A DNA stretch of 64,000 nt from Candidatus Bathyarchaeia archaeon (GTDB lineage: Archaea; Thermoproteota; Bathyarchaeia; 40CM-2-53-6): contig JBEKSC010000006.1 of assembly GCA_049517415.1 (NCBI GenBank), forward strand, positions 17,228 through 81,227, read 5' to 3'. The position numbers and the translations under genes are program-made. Below the pieces are notes generated by a model that was given only the letters and a program-made list of their open reading frames with translations, was not told where the DNA came from and ran no database searches. The first letter of the stretch is position 1. Each line of letters opens with the position of its first letter. Of this stretch, positions 31,014 through 40,113 are shown in pieces.

Positions 31014-31127
31014 ATGGATACATGCCCGGCTTGCGGAAGCAGGGACTTGGAATTCGTAATGTCTCAGGAGCAAGCAGCTCAGATCAAATGCGCGAACTGC
31101 GTGAACATTTGGTGGGACCAAAGCTAG
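31014..31127 (+). CDS. zinc-ribbon microprotein 1 (37 aa, not in ORF track)
   Basis: MDTCPACGSRDLEFVMSQEQAAQIKCANCVNIWWDQS, paralog of 31351-31503. Confidence 0.75.
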   Translation: MDTCPACGSRDLEFVMSQEQAAQIKCANCVNIWWDQS

Positions 31128-31290
31128 TCCAGAGAACAAGTCGCAGCAAACTTAGCGCGCCCTATTGCCACAAAGAAGACTAGCCTACCTCTGCGTGTAA
31201 TTACTCAAGCAGAGAGTAACTCGTTCACGAGTCCTGCGGATATGTGATGCGTAGAAGGTCATACTGCGACGACTATTATTGGGTAGAGAA

Positions 31291-31320
31291 GTATTACCAG
31301 AAATCCTTTAATTGTATTAC
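31291..31320. promoter_or_regulatory. GTATTAC-N16-GTATTAC candidate operator flanking a TATA-like element
   Basis: Same spacing as 30957-30986. ATCCTTTAAYTGTATTAC is shared (17/18). Confidence 0.65.
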
Positions 31321-31350
31321 ATTATTCTGTGAAGGCTAGCGGTCACCCAC

Positions 31351-31503
31351 ATGATGCGAGTTTGTCCGGCCTGCGGAAGTCGACGAATACAATTGAAACA
31401 GAGAAACACCTCCGAAGTGCGGATTGAATATTTGCCTGCGTTTGAAGAGTTCACCCAAGTTGTATGCGCTAACTGCCACAACCTGTGGTGGGATCACAGC
31501 TAA
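31351..31503 (+). CDS. zinc-ribbon microprotein 2 (50 aa, not in ORF track)
   Basis: MMRVCPACGSRRIQLKQ...QVVCANCHNLWWDHS. Confidence 0.78.
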   Translation: MMRVCPACGSRRIQLKQRNTSEVRIEYLPAFEEFTQVVCANCHNLWWDHS

Positions 31504-31547
31504 TCAGGGAACACGTGAGAGCCCCATCGCTGTGGGGATATGAAGTC

Positions 31548-33908
31548 CTAACTCTTCTTCTCTGCGCATTGCTTTCTTGCAGCGTCTAGAACGACTCTCT
31601 GTTCGACTTGGGCAACCATCCTTCGTGTGTGGACTATGACGTCTGGGTTCACGGAGATGCTATCTATACCTGATTCAACAAGAAACTTCGCGAATTCAGG
31701 ATAGACGCTCGGCGCTTGGCCGCAGATGCTTACGGTCTTACCGTAGCTGTGAGCTGTGTCGATGAGTTCTTTGATTGCTCGTTTAACAGCGAGGTTTCTT
31801 TCGTCAAATAATGGCGCCAAGACTTCATTGTCCCTGTCGGCGCCGAGTATCAGCATTGTTAGGTCATTGCTGCCGATTGAGAAACCGTCCGCACCAGCCT
31901 TGCAGAACTCATCAGCCAATATTATGTTGCTGGGAATTTCTGCCATAATCCAGAGTTTGAAATCCTCTGACTGCACCAACCCTTCCTGTCGGAGGAGCTC
32001 ACGGATTTTCACAAATTCGTTCACCGTGCGGTTGAAGGGGATCATGCACCAAAGGTTTGTCATACCCATCTCGTTTCTGACTTTCTTGACCGCAGCAATC
32101 TCAAGCTTGAATGCTGGCTCGAACCTCGGGTCAGTGTACCGGCTCGCGCCTCTCCAACCGATCAGCGGGTTAGCTTCTTTGATGGCACCCTCATATTTTT
32201 CTCCGCCTTCGAGTGTTGCGTATTCGTTCGTTTTGAAGTCGCTGAAGCGCAAAACTACCGGTCTCGGGTAGAATGCCCTACAGATCGTTTCAAGTCCTGT
32301 TGACAACTTGTCAACGAATTCTTCAGGGTGCTTTTGTTCAATAAGCATCATAGGATGCTTCTTGACATGATCGCTTACGATGAATTCCATCCGTAGTAGG
32401 CCCACGCCGTCGACTGGTAACTGTGCGATTCTGTTGGCTAACTCTGGTTCACCAAGGTTGACGAAGATCTTTGTTCCGGTAACAGTTGGGTCCTTGAAAG
32501 CCGCCAATCCATCTGCTGCCGGTTGAGGTTTCGTTTCGAGCTCCGGGCTTTCTAGCACTATTCCCTCGTACACGAGACCCATCTTTGCGTCAACTGTCAC
32601 CTCTTCCCCGGTATGTATCGTGTGAGTTCCAATTTTGGTTCCCGTTATGCAGGGGATTCCTAATTCGCGGCTCACAATGGCGGCATGGCATGTCATACCG
32701 CCGGCATCGGTGACGATTGCCTTTGACTTCTTCATTGTCGGCACCCAGTCGGGTGTGGTCATTTCTGTGACGAGGACTTCACCGTTCTGAAAGTCGCTTA
32801 CGTGATCTACTGTTAGGATAACGTGTGCCTTACCCGCTCCGCGCCCAGGCGATGATGGAAGCCCCTTAAGGATAATTTTCTTCTCCGCCGCAACGAGAGG
32901 CGTGGGTTTCTTAATTGGGCTCTTCTTGAGGGACCAAACTGTTTCGGGTCTAGCTTGCAGTATTAGGAGTTTTCCGGTCTGTGAGTCAAGTCCCCATTCA
33001 ATGTCCATTACATGGCCGTAGTGTTGTTCAATAGTCAACGCGTATTTGGCTAGTTCAATTACTTCTTCATCTGTGATTACTTGCCGATCCTTGAGATCGT
33101 CTGGAACCTTCTTCTCCTCTGTTCCCCCGATCTTATTTCTCACAAGCATGATAGTTTTCGTGGGTATTTCCTTTCGGATGATTTTCAAGCTCCCCTTATC
33201 TACGTAGTAGTCGTCAGGAGTGACAGTGCCCTTCACGACGTACTCTCCTAACCCATAGGATGCTTCAAGCAGGATCAGGGATTCATCGCCATTGGTTGGA
33301 TCCATGGTGAACATAACGCCGCTGGATTCGGAGTAACACATCATTTGCACTATTGCAGAAAGTGCGACGTCCGCGTGTTCGAAGCCTTTCTGAACTCTGT
33401 AGAAGATCGCGCGGTCTGTGAACAGACTCGCATAGCATTCCTTGACGCTCTTAATCACGTTGCCTACTCCAGTAACGTTAAGGTAGCTCTCCTGTTGACC
33501 TGCGAAGCTCGCGTCGGGCAGGTCTTCAGCAGTTGCAGAGCTTCTAATGGCGACGAACGGGTTCTTGACTTTCTCTCGTTCGGCGAGTTTCTCATAGCCG
33601 TCGACTATGACTTGTTCAAGTTCCTTCGGCATCGTTGCGGAACCAATCATCCCCCTAATTTCAGCACCAACCTTCTGAAGTGTGATCGTGTCGTTTGGGT
33701 CCTTCAAAACCTTCAGGGAAGTAGCGATCTTAGATTCCAGCCCATTCTTCGCTAGGAACAACCTGTACGCATCAGCAGTAAGGGCGAAGCCGTAAGGTAT
33801 CGGAACCTTCGTCTTGGAAGTCATTTCGCCCAGGCTTGCAGATTTACCGCCTACGAGTGGAACATCTTGCTTACTGATTTGTTCGAACCAAAGTAGAAGG
33901 GGACCCAT
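31548..33908 (-). CDS. ppsA: phosphoenolpyruvate synthase (pyruvate, water dikinase)
   Basis: VGGKSASLGE, RSSATAEDLPDASFAGQ, LQARPETV, GGMTCHAAIVSRE, SIGSNDL. Confidence 0.97.
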   Translation of the reverse strand: MGPLLLWFEQISKQDVPLVGGKSASLGEMTSKTKVPIPYGFALTADAYRLFLAKNGLESKIATSLKVLKDPNDTITLQKVGAEIRGMIGSATMPKELEQVIVDGYEKLAEREKVKNPFVAIRSSATAEDLPDASFAGQQESYLNVTGVGNVIKSVKECYASLFTDRAIFYRVQKGFEHADVALSAIVQMMCYSESSGVMFTMDPTNGDESLILLEASYGLGEYVVKGTVTPDDYYVDKGSLKIIRKEIPTKTIMLVRNKIGGTEEKKVPDDLKDRQVITDEEVIELAKYALTIEQHYGHVMDIEWGLDSQTGKLLILQARPETVWSLKKSPIKKPTPLVAAEKKIILKGLPSSPGRGAGKAHVILTVDHVSDFQNGEVLVTEMTTPDWVPTMKKSKAIVTDAGGMTCHAAIVSRELGIPCITGTKIGTHTIHTGEEVTVDAKMGLVYEGIVLESPELETKPQPAADGLAAFKDPTVTGTKIFVNLGEPELANRIAQLPVDGVGLLRMEFIVSDHVKKHPMMLIEQKHPEEFVDKLSTGLETICRAFYPRPVVLRFSDFKTNEYATLEGGEKYEGAIKEANPLIGWRGASRYTDPRFEPAFKLEIAAVKKVRNEMGMTNLWCMIPFNRTVNEFVKIRELLRQEGLVQSEDFKLWIMAEIPSNIILADEFCKAGADGFSIGSNDLTMLILGADRDNEVLAPLFDERNLAVKRAIKELIDTAHSYGKTVSICGQAPSVYPEFAKFLVESGIDSISVNPDVIVHTRRMVAQVEQRVVLDAARKQCAEKKS

Positions 33909-34093
33909 GTTTCAATTCCTCTCTCAGTTTCTTTGAAACGTAACACTTCTGGGCGGAAACCTTCAGAATAAGTAATATCTACGTAGGGTAATTACGAGAA
34001 TTTAGATTGATAGGCGGCCTTTAAATCGAACACGATTACCAAAGCCTATCGCCACTTCTGCGAGATGCGCACTAGAGCTCAGTATAGCAGTTC

Positions 34094-36763
34094 TTGAGGA
34101 GAAACGGTTTGTACGTTTACTTGTTCGAAGAAGGCAGCACGAAGCTCCGGAACCTCCTTGGCGGCAAGGGGGCAGATTTAGCAGAGATGACAGGCCTCGG
34201 CCTCCCTGTCCCACCTGGCATGACCGTAACAACCGAGGCATGCAACTACTACAATTCTCACGGGTCAGAGTTCCCAGATGGGCTTGAAGACGAAATCCGC
34301 GTGAAAATGAAAACCATTGAATCGAGAACCCAAAGAACCTTCGGAGACGCTGCAAATCCGCTGCTGGTTTCCGTTCGGTCCGGTGCACCAATCTCAATGC
34401 CGGGAATGATGGATACGGTACTTAACCTTGGTCTGAACGACAAAACAGTGAACGGGCTCATCCGACAGACGAGTAACGAACGATTTGCGTACGACGCCTA
34501 CAGACGTTTCGTTCAGATGTTCGGCAAAGTAGTACTCGGAGTTAGGGGCGACGCTTTCGAATCAATCATTCGACAAAGCAAAGAAAGGTTGGGTTTGAAA
34601 TCTGATGTTGAAGTCGACGCGAAGACCTGGGCGACACTAGTTCAAGAATTCAAAGGTCTTATCGAAAAGGAGACGGGACAGGCCTATCCCGAGGACCCCA
34701 GGATCCAGCTGCAGATGGCAGTTGCGGCAGTCTTCCGATCATGGAATGGGCAACGGGCGGTCTTCTACCGTCTGACCAACAAGATTCCTGAAACGCTTGG
34801 GACGGCGGTCAATGTTCAGTCCATGGTCTTCGGAAACATGGGCACTGATTCAGGGACCGGCGTTTGTTTCACGAGAAACCCTTCATCGGGTGAACCAAAG
34901 CTATTTGGCGAGTTTCTCTTGAACGCGCAGGGCGAAGACGTCGTTGCCGGAATCAGAACGCCTAAACCAATAGCCCAACTAGCCGATGAAATGCCCACCG
35001 TCTACAGCCAATTGCTCGATGTGTGCAAACTCCTGGAACACCATTTCAGGGAAATGCAAGATATCGAATTCACAGTTGAAAGAGGAAGGCTATTCATCCT
35101 TCAAACCCGCTCAGGGAAGCGAACCGCCACTGCCGCCGTCCGAATCGCTGCCGATATGGTCAAGGAAGAGCTGCTTACGAAGCAACAGGCACTGCTTCGG
35201 ATTCTGCCCTCGCATCTCGAACAACTTGTCCACAAGCAGATTGATCCAAGCTTCAATGCCAAACCGATAGCTACTGGCTTACCAGCGTCGCCTGGTGCTG
35301 CAACTGGGAAAGTGATTTTCGATACTGACGAAGCTTACTCTTTGGGCTCCAACGGAGAGGACGTCATACTCGTTAGGGAGGAGACTACACCGGAGGACAT
35401 TCACGGTATGGTTGCCGCTAAGGGAGTGCTCACGAGCAGGGGAGGGATGACATCTCATGCCGCGGTTGTGGCCCGAGGGATGGGAAAGCCCGCCGTCGTT
35501 GGTTGCGAACAGATAAGCATTGATCTGGCCACTGATTCCTTGCAGACGCGCAGGGTTACGGTAAACAAGAATGACATAATCACAATCGATGGGACCACTG
35601 GTAATGTGCTACTCGGCGTTGTGCCCACAATTGAACCGAAGCTAAGTGATGAAGCCCAGCAATTGTTAACCTGGGCTGATGAGACTAGAAAGCTCGGAGT
35701 CAGGGGGAACGCTGACACTCCAGAAGGGGCTATCGTGGCTAGGCAGTTTGGGGCTGGCGGGATTGGCCTTTGTCGAACCGAACGAATGTTCAACGCACAG
35801 GACCGGCTTCCCATTGTCCAAGAGATGATCCTCTCGACAACCGAAGAGGAGCGGTTTCGCGCTCTGGAGAAGTTGAGGCCTCTACAGAAGGAGGATTTCA
35901 AACAAATACTGCGCAATATGCATGACCTACCAGTTACGATCCGATTATTGGATCTTCCACTCCACGAGTTTCTACCCAAATACGAAGAATTGACAGCCGA
36001 AGTTGCCTCGCTGAAGGCGACAGGCGCCGACGCGGATTTGCTGGATTCGAAGGAACGAATGCTCAGGAAAGTCATGACATTGGCTGAACATAATCCAATG
36101 CTAGGCCATAGGGGCTGCAGACTTGCGATAAGCCACCCTGAAATTTACGAAATGCAAACTCGCTCTATCTTCGAAGCCGCAGGCGAATTGCAACGCGAAG
36201 GAGTTAGAGTTCGGGTGGAGATCATGCTCCCCCTTGTTGGAGCTGCCAATGAGATTCGATTCCTGCGCGAAAAGATAACCTCCGTGGCCTCTAAGGTGAT
36301 GGAGGAGAAGCGCATCAATATCGATTACAAGATAGGGACTATGATAGAAGTTCCTAGAGCTGCATTGACGGCGGACGAAATAGCCCGCTATGCTGATTTC
36401 TTCTCCTTCGGGACAAACGATCTCACGCAGGCGACATTTGCATTCAGCAGGGATGATGCGGAAGCGAAGTTCTTCAAGGACTATTTCGACAAGAAGATCC
36501 TGAACTCCAACCCATTCGAGGTTCTTGACAGAGAAGGCGTTGGTAGGTTAATGCGCCTGGCTGTGGAGGCGGGTAGGAAGAGCAATCCTCAGCTAAAGGT
36601 TGGCATTTGTGGTGAACACGGCGGGGAGCCAAGCTCAGTTGAATTCTGCCATCAACTGAACCTCGATTATGTTAGTTGTTCCCCATACAGAGTCCCCGTT
36701 GCACGCCTCGTCGCAGCCCAAGCAGAAGTCAAGGAGAGAATGATTTCAATCAGCGAAAACTGA
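34094..36763 (+). CDS. ppdK: pyruvate, phosphate dikinase
   Basis: LLGGKGA, VRSGAPISMPGMMDT, QGEDVVAG, GGMTSHAAVVARG, GLCRTE, SFGTNDLTQ, CGEHGG. Confidence 0.97.
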   Translation: MRRNGLYVYLFEEGSTKLRNLLGGKGADLAEMTGLGLPVPPGMTVTTEACNYYNSHGSEFPDGLEDEIRVKMKTIESRTQRTFGDAANPLLVSVRSGAPISMPGMMDTVLNLGLNDKTVNGLIRQTSNERFAYDAYRRFVQMFGKVVLGVRGDAFESIIRQSKERLGLKSDVEVDAKTWATLVQEFKGLIEKETGQAYPEDPRIQLQMAVAAVFRSWNGQRAVFYRLTNKIPETLGTAVNVQSMVFGNMGTDSGTGVCFTRNPSSGEPKLFGEFLLNAQGEDVVAGIRTPKPIAQLADEMPTVYSQLLDVCKLLEHHFREMQDIEFTVERGRLFILQTRSGKRTATAAVRIAADMVKEELLTKQQALLRILPSHLEQLVHKQIDPSFNAKPIATGLPASPGAATGKVIFDTDEAYSLGSNGEDVILVREETTPEDIHGMVAAKGVLTSRGGMTSHAAVVARGMGKPAVVGCEQISIDLATDSLQTRRVTVNKNDIITIDGTTGNVLLGVVPTIEPKLSDEAQQLLTWADETRKLGVRGNADTPEGAIVARQFGAGGIGLCRTERMFNAQDRLPIVQEMILSTTEEERFRALEKLRPLQKEDFKQILRNMHDLPVTIRLLDLPLHEFLPKYEELTAEVASLKATGADADLLDSKERMLRKVMTLAEHNPMLGHRGCRLAISHPEIYEMQTRSIFEAAGELQREGVRVRVEIMLPLVGAANEIRFLREKITSVASKVMEEKRINIDYKIGTMIEVPRAALTADEIARYADFFSFGTNDLTQATFAFSRDDAEAKFFKDYFDKKILNSNPFEVLDREGVGRLMRLAVEAGRKSNPQLKVGICGEHGGEPSSVEFCHQLNLDYVSCSPYRVPVARLVAAQAEVKERMISISEN

Positions 36764-36830
36764 TTACGCTCATCAAAAGTGATCTGTTCAGTATCACCAC
36801 ACCATAAGTTGCGATTTCAGGTAAGGATCA

Positions 36831-38552
36831 TTGTCTGAGAGCCGACCAGTCGTCATGGGTACACGTGGTGCCATTACCACTTCAAACTATATGGCAACAT
36901 CGGCCGGATTTGAAATCCTTCTGGCCGGGGGAAACGCAATCGATGCTTCCATTGCTGCAGGATTGGCGCTGCATGTTGTCGAACCACATATGAATGGAAT
37001 CGGCGGCGAAACCCCAATACTTCTGTACTCTGCTAGAAAGCGTAGAATCTTTGCCATATCAGGGCAAGGGCCTGCCCCAAAGGCAGCGACTCTCGAATTC
37101 TTCGAAGGAAACGGAATCAGGTTAATTCCAGGCGACGGTCTTCTTCCCGCAACGGTCCCCGCGTCCTTTGACGCATGGATTACTTGCCTTAGGTTTTTTG
37201 GAACGATGACTCTCAGGGAAGTGATTGCCCCCGCCATTAGACTGGCCGAGGAAGGTTTTCCGGTGTATGCCGCGCTTCATGAGATTGTGACGCGACATGC
37301 CAAGCGTTTTCTCAGCGAATGGCCTACAACTGCAAGAATCTATCTTCCGCGAGGCAGAATTCCTCGAATTGGCGAGGTTCTGAGGCAAAATGAACTGGCG
37401 AAGACTCTTCGCAGCCTAGCGGAGGCGGAGCGCCGCGCTGGGAAGAACAGGGAGAAGGGGCTCGAAGCAGCGAGGCACTATTTCTACGAAGGGCCTATAG
37501 CGCGAGAGATCGCGCAGTTCGCGGCAAAACGATCATTCAAGGATGCAACCGGAAAATATCACAACGGGTTAATCACCGCGGAAGATCTCGCCGACTACAA
37601 AACGAGAATAGAGAAAACTGTCAACATAGACTACAAAGGTGTAACCGTTCATAAATGCGGACCTTGGAGCCAAGGACCCGTTCTCCTCCAACAGTTACGA
37701 TTGCTTGAAGACTACGATCTAAGACGACTTCGACACAACTCAGCCGACTATATTCATCTAATCACGGAAGCATCAAAGCTTGCTTTCGCGGACCGGGAAG
37801 CTTTCTACGGTGACCCGCTTTACACCGACGTTCCTCTCACAAGACTACTTTCGCGGGACTACTCTAGGAAGAGAAAGGAGCTTATCGACATGAGAAAGGC
37901 GTCACTAACACTCCGGACAGGCAGCGGATCTCACATCCCAGTGTCAGAAGGTACTCGGCTCTATACTGGTGACACGACCCACCTTGATGCCGTCGACTCA
38001 GATGGTAACATGGTTTCTGCAACCCCTAGCGGCGGGTGGATTACGAGTTCTCCCGTAATCGAGGGTCTGGGGTTTCCTCTGGGAACACGAGGCCAAATGT
38101 TCTCATTAGACGCTGCACACCCGAATTGTCTGGCGCCAGGGAAACGCCCGCGAACAACGTTAACTCCAAGCCTCATCAGTTCGAAAAGACGACCTGTTCT
38201 GGCCTTTGGGACGCCTGGCGGAGACCAACAAGACCAGTGGGCACTTCAATTCTTTCTCAATTTCATGGAGTTCGGCATGGATCTCCAGGCAGCGATCGAT
38301 GCTCCATCGTTCCATAATCAGCATTTTCCAAGCTCCTTCTATCCTAGGAAGGCCGAGCTTGGCAGCCTGTACGTGGAAGGGCGAATACCCAGAGGAATCG
38401 TGAACGAATTGAGGAGTAGAGGTCATAACGTGATTGTCCAAGGTGATTGGGTGAACGGCCGTATGACAGCAGCACATTATGATTGGGAGAATAATGTAGT
38501 GAGTGCCGCCGCCTCGTCGCGATATCAGATAGCCTACGCATTAGCACATTAA
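36831..38552 (+). CDS. ggt: gamma-glutamyltransferase family protein
   Basis: GGNAIDA, GIGG, GDTTH (nucleophile Thr), PGKRPRTT, GTPGGDQQ. Confidence 0.93.
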   Translation: MSESRPVVMGTRGAITTSNYMATSAGFEILLAGGNAIDASIAAGLALHVVEPHMNGIGGETPILLYSARKRRIFAISGQGPAPKAATLEFFEGNGIRLIPGDGLLPATVPASFDAWITCLRFFGTMTLREVIAPAIRLAEEGFPVYAALHEIVTRHAKRFLSEWPTTARIYLPRGRIPRIGEVLRQNELAKTLRSLAEAERRAGKNREKGLEAARHYFYEGPIAREIAQFAAKRSFKDATGKYHNGLITAEDLADYKTRIEKTVNIDYKGVTVHKCGPWSQGPVLLQQLRLLEDYDLRRLRHNSADYIHLITEASKLAFADREAFYGDPLYTDVPLTRLLSRDYSRKRKELIDMRKASLTLRTGSGSHIPVSEGTRLYTGDTTHLDAVDSDGNMVSATPSGGWITSSPVIEGLGFPLGTRGQMFSLDAAHPNCLAPGKRPRTTLTPSLISSKRRPVLAFGTPGGDQQDQWALQFFLNFMEFGMDLQAAIDAPSFHNQHFPSSFYPRKAELGSLYVEGRIPRGIVNELRSRGHNVIVQGDWVNGRMTAAHYDWENNVVSAAASSRYQIAYALAH

Positions 38553-38618
38553 TGCGAGTGACTCTCGAAGCGCCATTGAAGATAAGCACACACTGGTAGG
38601 ATACCTATACAATTGTAC

Positions 38619-38648
38619 TGGTGGGCCGGGAGAGATTTGAACTCTCGA
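38619..38648 (-). repeat. orphan tRNA 3' segment (T-arm + acceptor strand + CCA)
   Basis: Minus strand reads TC-GAGAG-TTCAAAT-CTCTC-CCGGCCC-A-CCA. It is 24/30 identical to the tRNA-Val 3' end at 39477-39506. Confidence 0.9.
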
Positions 38649-39506
38649 GCAGTCTTGAGTACTTTCATTCATCTCTGGTTCTTCTTGCTTTCAAGAAACT
38701 CTCTATATTCGGAAGAGTGGGCCATTGATTCCGGAAGGAACGAAAATCGATATCATAACAAGAGTCCAGTCAGGTCAGTCGATTCGTCACGTTGCACAAG
38801 ATCTTGGCATTCCACTTTCAACTGCTTACCATCACGGCCGGAGTTTCTGTAATCATCAATCGCGAATCGAGATGAACATGCTGAGGCAAGGCCAGCTGGG
38901 TTACTTGCTAGGGATGTTCGTAGGAGACGGGAGTCTCATTCGGGATAAGCCTCGAGGGGAGTTCCTTGTCAAGATTGCTTTGAACAGGAGAAGAGATTTG
39001 GACATTGTTCAATTCGTTACGCTAATGTTTGAAAAAGCAGGTAAGAAAGTCAACTTTCTAACTGAGCGAGGCATGATCATAATTAGAGTCTGGTCTAAGA
39101 TTTTCTATGAATTCATCGAAGATTACGTTAAGCTCGAAAGAAACCATCTATCCCATCATCACACGAAAATTCTCTTGCGCACCCAGCGATGGACTCGGGA
39201 GTTTGCTCTTGGTTTCATTGGCGGCCTAATAGACAGCGATGGCCATGTCGTTAGCAACTGGAAAGGCGGTCATTACGGTGCGGTAGTGACTACGAGTAGT
39301 AGTTCTCTCAAACGACAACTCTGCAGTCTATGCGACGCTCTTGGTATCAATGTGACCAGCCATGTACAAGCGCGTGACCCCTTTCAGGGCAAGTCTCTTT
39401 ATTCAGTGTATATCCGGTCGCCTGATTTGCATGCATTATGTGGAACACTACTTTCCGTAAAACATTCGAGGTTTCATGGTGGGCCGGGGCGGATTTGAAC
39501 CACCGA
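38649..39506. mobile_element. putative 858-bp homing-endonuclease element inserted in tRNA-Val
   Basis: Bounded by two tRNA 3' ends in direct orientation and containing only a LAGLIDADG gene. Confidence 0.6.
38725..39498 (+). CDS. HTH + double-motif LAGLIDADG endonuclease
   Basis: N-terminal HTH (SIRHVAQDLGIPLSTAY), motifs YLLGMFVGDG and FIGGLIDSDG. The last 22 nt are antisense to the tRNA 3' end. Confidence 0.9.
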   Translation: MIPEGTKIDIITRVQSGQSIRHVAQDLGIPLSTAYHHGRSFCNHQSRIEMNMLRQGQLGYLLGMFVGDGSLIRDKPRGEFLVKIALNRRRDLDIVQFVTLMFEKAGKKVNFLTERGMIIIRVWSKIFYEFIEDYVKLERNHLSHHHTKILLRTQRWTREFALGFIGGLIDSDGHVVSNWKGGHYGAVVTTSSSSLKRQLCSLCDALGINVTSHVQARDPFQGKSLYSVYIRSPDLHALCGTLLSVKHSRFHGGPGRI

Positions 39507-39571
39507 CCACCTGTTTACAGTTTGTTGTCTCGTGTCAGGCAGGTATCCTAACCAGACTAGACGACCGGCCC
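39477..39571 (-). tRNA. tRNA-Val(GAC) with encoded CCA and a 17-nt intron (39514-39530) at position 39/40
   Basis: GGGCCGG-TC-GTCTAGTCTGGTTAGGAT-A-CCTGC-CTGACAC-G[intron]CAGG-TGGTC-GGTGG-TTCAAAT-CCGCC-CCGGCCC-ACCA gives a full cloverleaf after intron removal. Confidence 0.93.
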
Positions 39572-39744
39572 AAAGTGGCGTTGAATGAAGAGCGCAGAGA
39601 AATAAAGACTACCCAATAGGTTGCACCCTTTCCGAGAGTTCCATGAGCCTGAGGTTGGGTCGAAGCGACTTTAGGGCGCCAACTTCGTTAAGAAATCGGA
39701 AGGTCTTTTTGTGAAGAGGAGAAATGTTGTAGGAGCTGGTAGGT

Positions 39745-40098
39745 TTGCCTAGACTTTACGACCAAATAATGCGTTTTGATAAACAGGTCCGCTTCGCTGC
39801 CATTGTGGATGGCCACGGCCGAATCTTGGAAGGGGGCATGCGTGAGGGCGTTGAGCCAATCGAACCCCTCGAAAAGACACCACACCTAATCGCGATGTTG
39901 GTCTCATTTCAGAAAGCTGAAGACCTGGCAGATTTCTTCGGCAGACCCGAGTATTCAATCCTGGTTCATGAGAAGATAATGGCCCTGCTCTTTCGTTCGG
40001 AGAAGAAATTCGTGCTTGTTACGGCCAGCAGGAAATTCAGCCTAAACAAAATTGCAAGGTTACGGAACTTGATTATGAAAAGGCGCCAAAAGCGCTGA
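39745..40098 (+). CDS. DUF6659-like (roadblock/profilin-like fold) protein
   Basis: VRFAAIVDGHGRILEGGMREG...P pattern typical of this TACK family. Confidence 0.65.
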   Translation: MPRLYDQIMRFDKQVRFAAIVDGHGRILEGGMREGVEPIEPLEKTPHLIAMLVSFQKAEDLADFFGRPEYSILVHEKIMALLFRSEKKFVLVTASRKFSLNKIARLRNLIMKRRQKR

Positions 40099-40113
40099 AG
40101 ACGTTTAATCTGA

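Noticed and set aside
33197-33986. TATCTACGTAG matches to the IS operator at 33197 and 33976
   Set aside because: One lies inside the ppsA coding sequence and both are incomplete palindromes, so cross-regulation by the IS protein is unsupported
38619-38720. The orphan 3' segment as a complete second tRNA (CTCAAGA Leu-like loop) or a split-tRNA half
   Set aside because: There is no 5' acceptor strand, D-arm or proper anticodon stem upstream, and no obvious GC-rich pairing leader; a trans partner outside the window cannot be excluded
38649-39506. The 858-bp insert as a spliced BHB intron of tRNA-Val
   Set aside because: Only a weak 4-bp helix (GTGG/CTGC) forms at the junctions with no flanking helices, the ORF is antisense to the tRNA, and the tRNA is already complete without splicing
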